DNA from: an uncultured Candidatus Micrarchaeota archaeon
GTDB taxonomy: Archaea > Micrarchaeota > Micrarchaeia > CAILAH01
NCBI GenBank assembly: GCA_903832205.1
Contig: CAILAH010000038.1
Coordinates: 4,456 to 68,455, forward strand
Length of the DNA: 64,000 nt
Direction of reading: 5' to 3'
The notes under the pieces are model-generated. The model saw only the letters and a program-made list of their open reading frames with translations. It did not search any database and had not been told where the DNA came from. Shown piece by piece: positions 63,798 to 64,000 of this stretch (its first letter is position 1; every line of letters begins with the position of its first letter). The position numbers and the translations under genes are program-made.

Positions 63798-64000
63798 TAC
63801 ACCTAATTTACTTGGGGCATTCGCCTTTGGTGAACCTCACTTCGGGCGCGCTCTCAAGATAAAGCGTCTTTGTCTCCTCATCGTATATGACGCGTGAGGA
63901 AACGTTCTGCTTTTTTACTGAGTCATAATAGTGTGCCTCAAGCGTCTTTGAGTCAATTCTTGTCCAGCTTCCGGCAACCTGCACGAGCGGGTTATCAAGC

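Noticed and set aside
1-64000. Searched for CRISPR arrays, rRNA genes, transposase/IS elements and integrase genes
   Set aside because: No regularly spaced direct repeats, no rRNA-like conserved blocks, and no DDE-transposase or tyrosine-recombinase motifs were recognised in any frame. The only mobile-element-like signals are the short tRNA-flank repeats reported above.

Overview
This 64 kb window reads as an archaeal chromosomal segment, possibly from a DPANN-like lineage, with about 50-55% GC. It is almost fully coding and carries clear archaeal hallmarks. These include a partial r-protein operon (L3-L4-L23-L2-S19-L22-S3-L29 followed by aSUI1 and RNase P Rpp29), L40e, TFB, LonB, Elp3, Csl4, Rpo11 and Trm1. 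They also include a class-I CCA-adding enzyme, archaeal GluRS, SecF/SecD and an ether-lipid toolkit of a UbiA-family prenyltransferase, GGGP synthase, geranylgeranyl reductase, cis-prenyltransferase and UppP. I found no rRNA and no CRISPR array.

I identified five intron-containing tRNA genes by hand. Leu and Ile each carry two introns, one of them in the T-loop at position 59/60. Val has a roughly 200-nt intron. Pro and Gly each have a single intron. Homologous intron hairpins and a conserved 52-nt structured element sit at tRNA 3' flanks and show compensatory base changes.

The most unusual content is a five- or six-member family of small Cys-rich secreted proteins. They sit in two tandem arrays at 2.25-3.57 kb and 13.7-14.7 kb, with a partial member at the window start. 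All share a sorting-signal-like C-terminus (CC-G-G, then a hydrophobic helix containing P[LF]LF, then a basic tail) and lie next to an ABC-2 exporter and a large subtilase with tandem Cys repeats.

Other notable items are a PPR-like helical-repeat protein, a translationally coupled FtsK/HerA-like ATPase plus Cys-rich protein module, a low-GC island encoding an atypical PLP enzyme, a bacterial-type marR-emrA-emrB operon, and a 900-aa DHH phosphoesterase with duplicated terminal domains.
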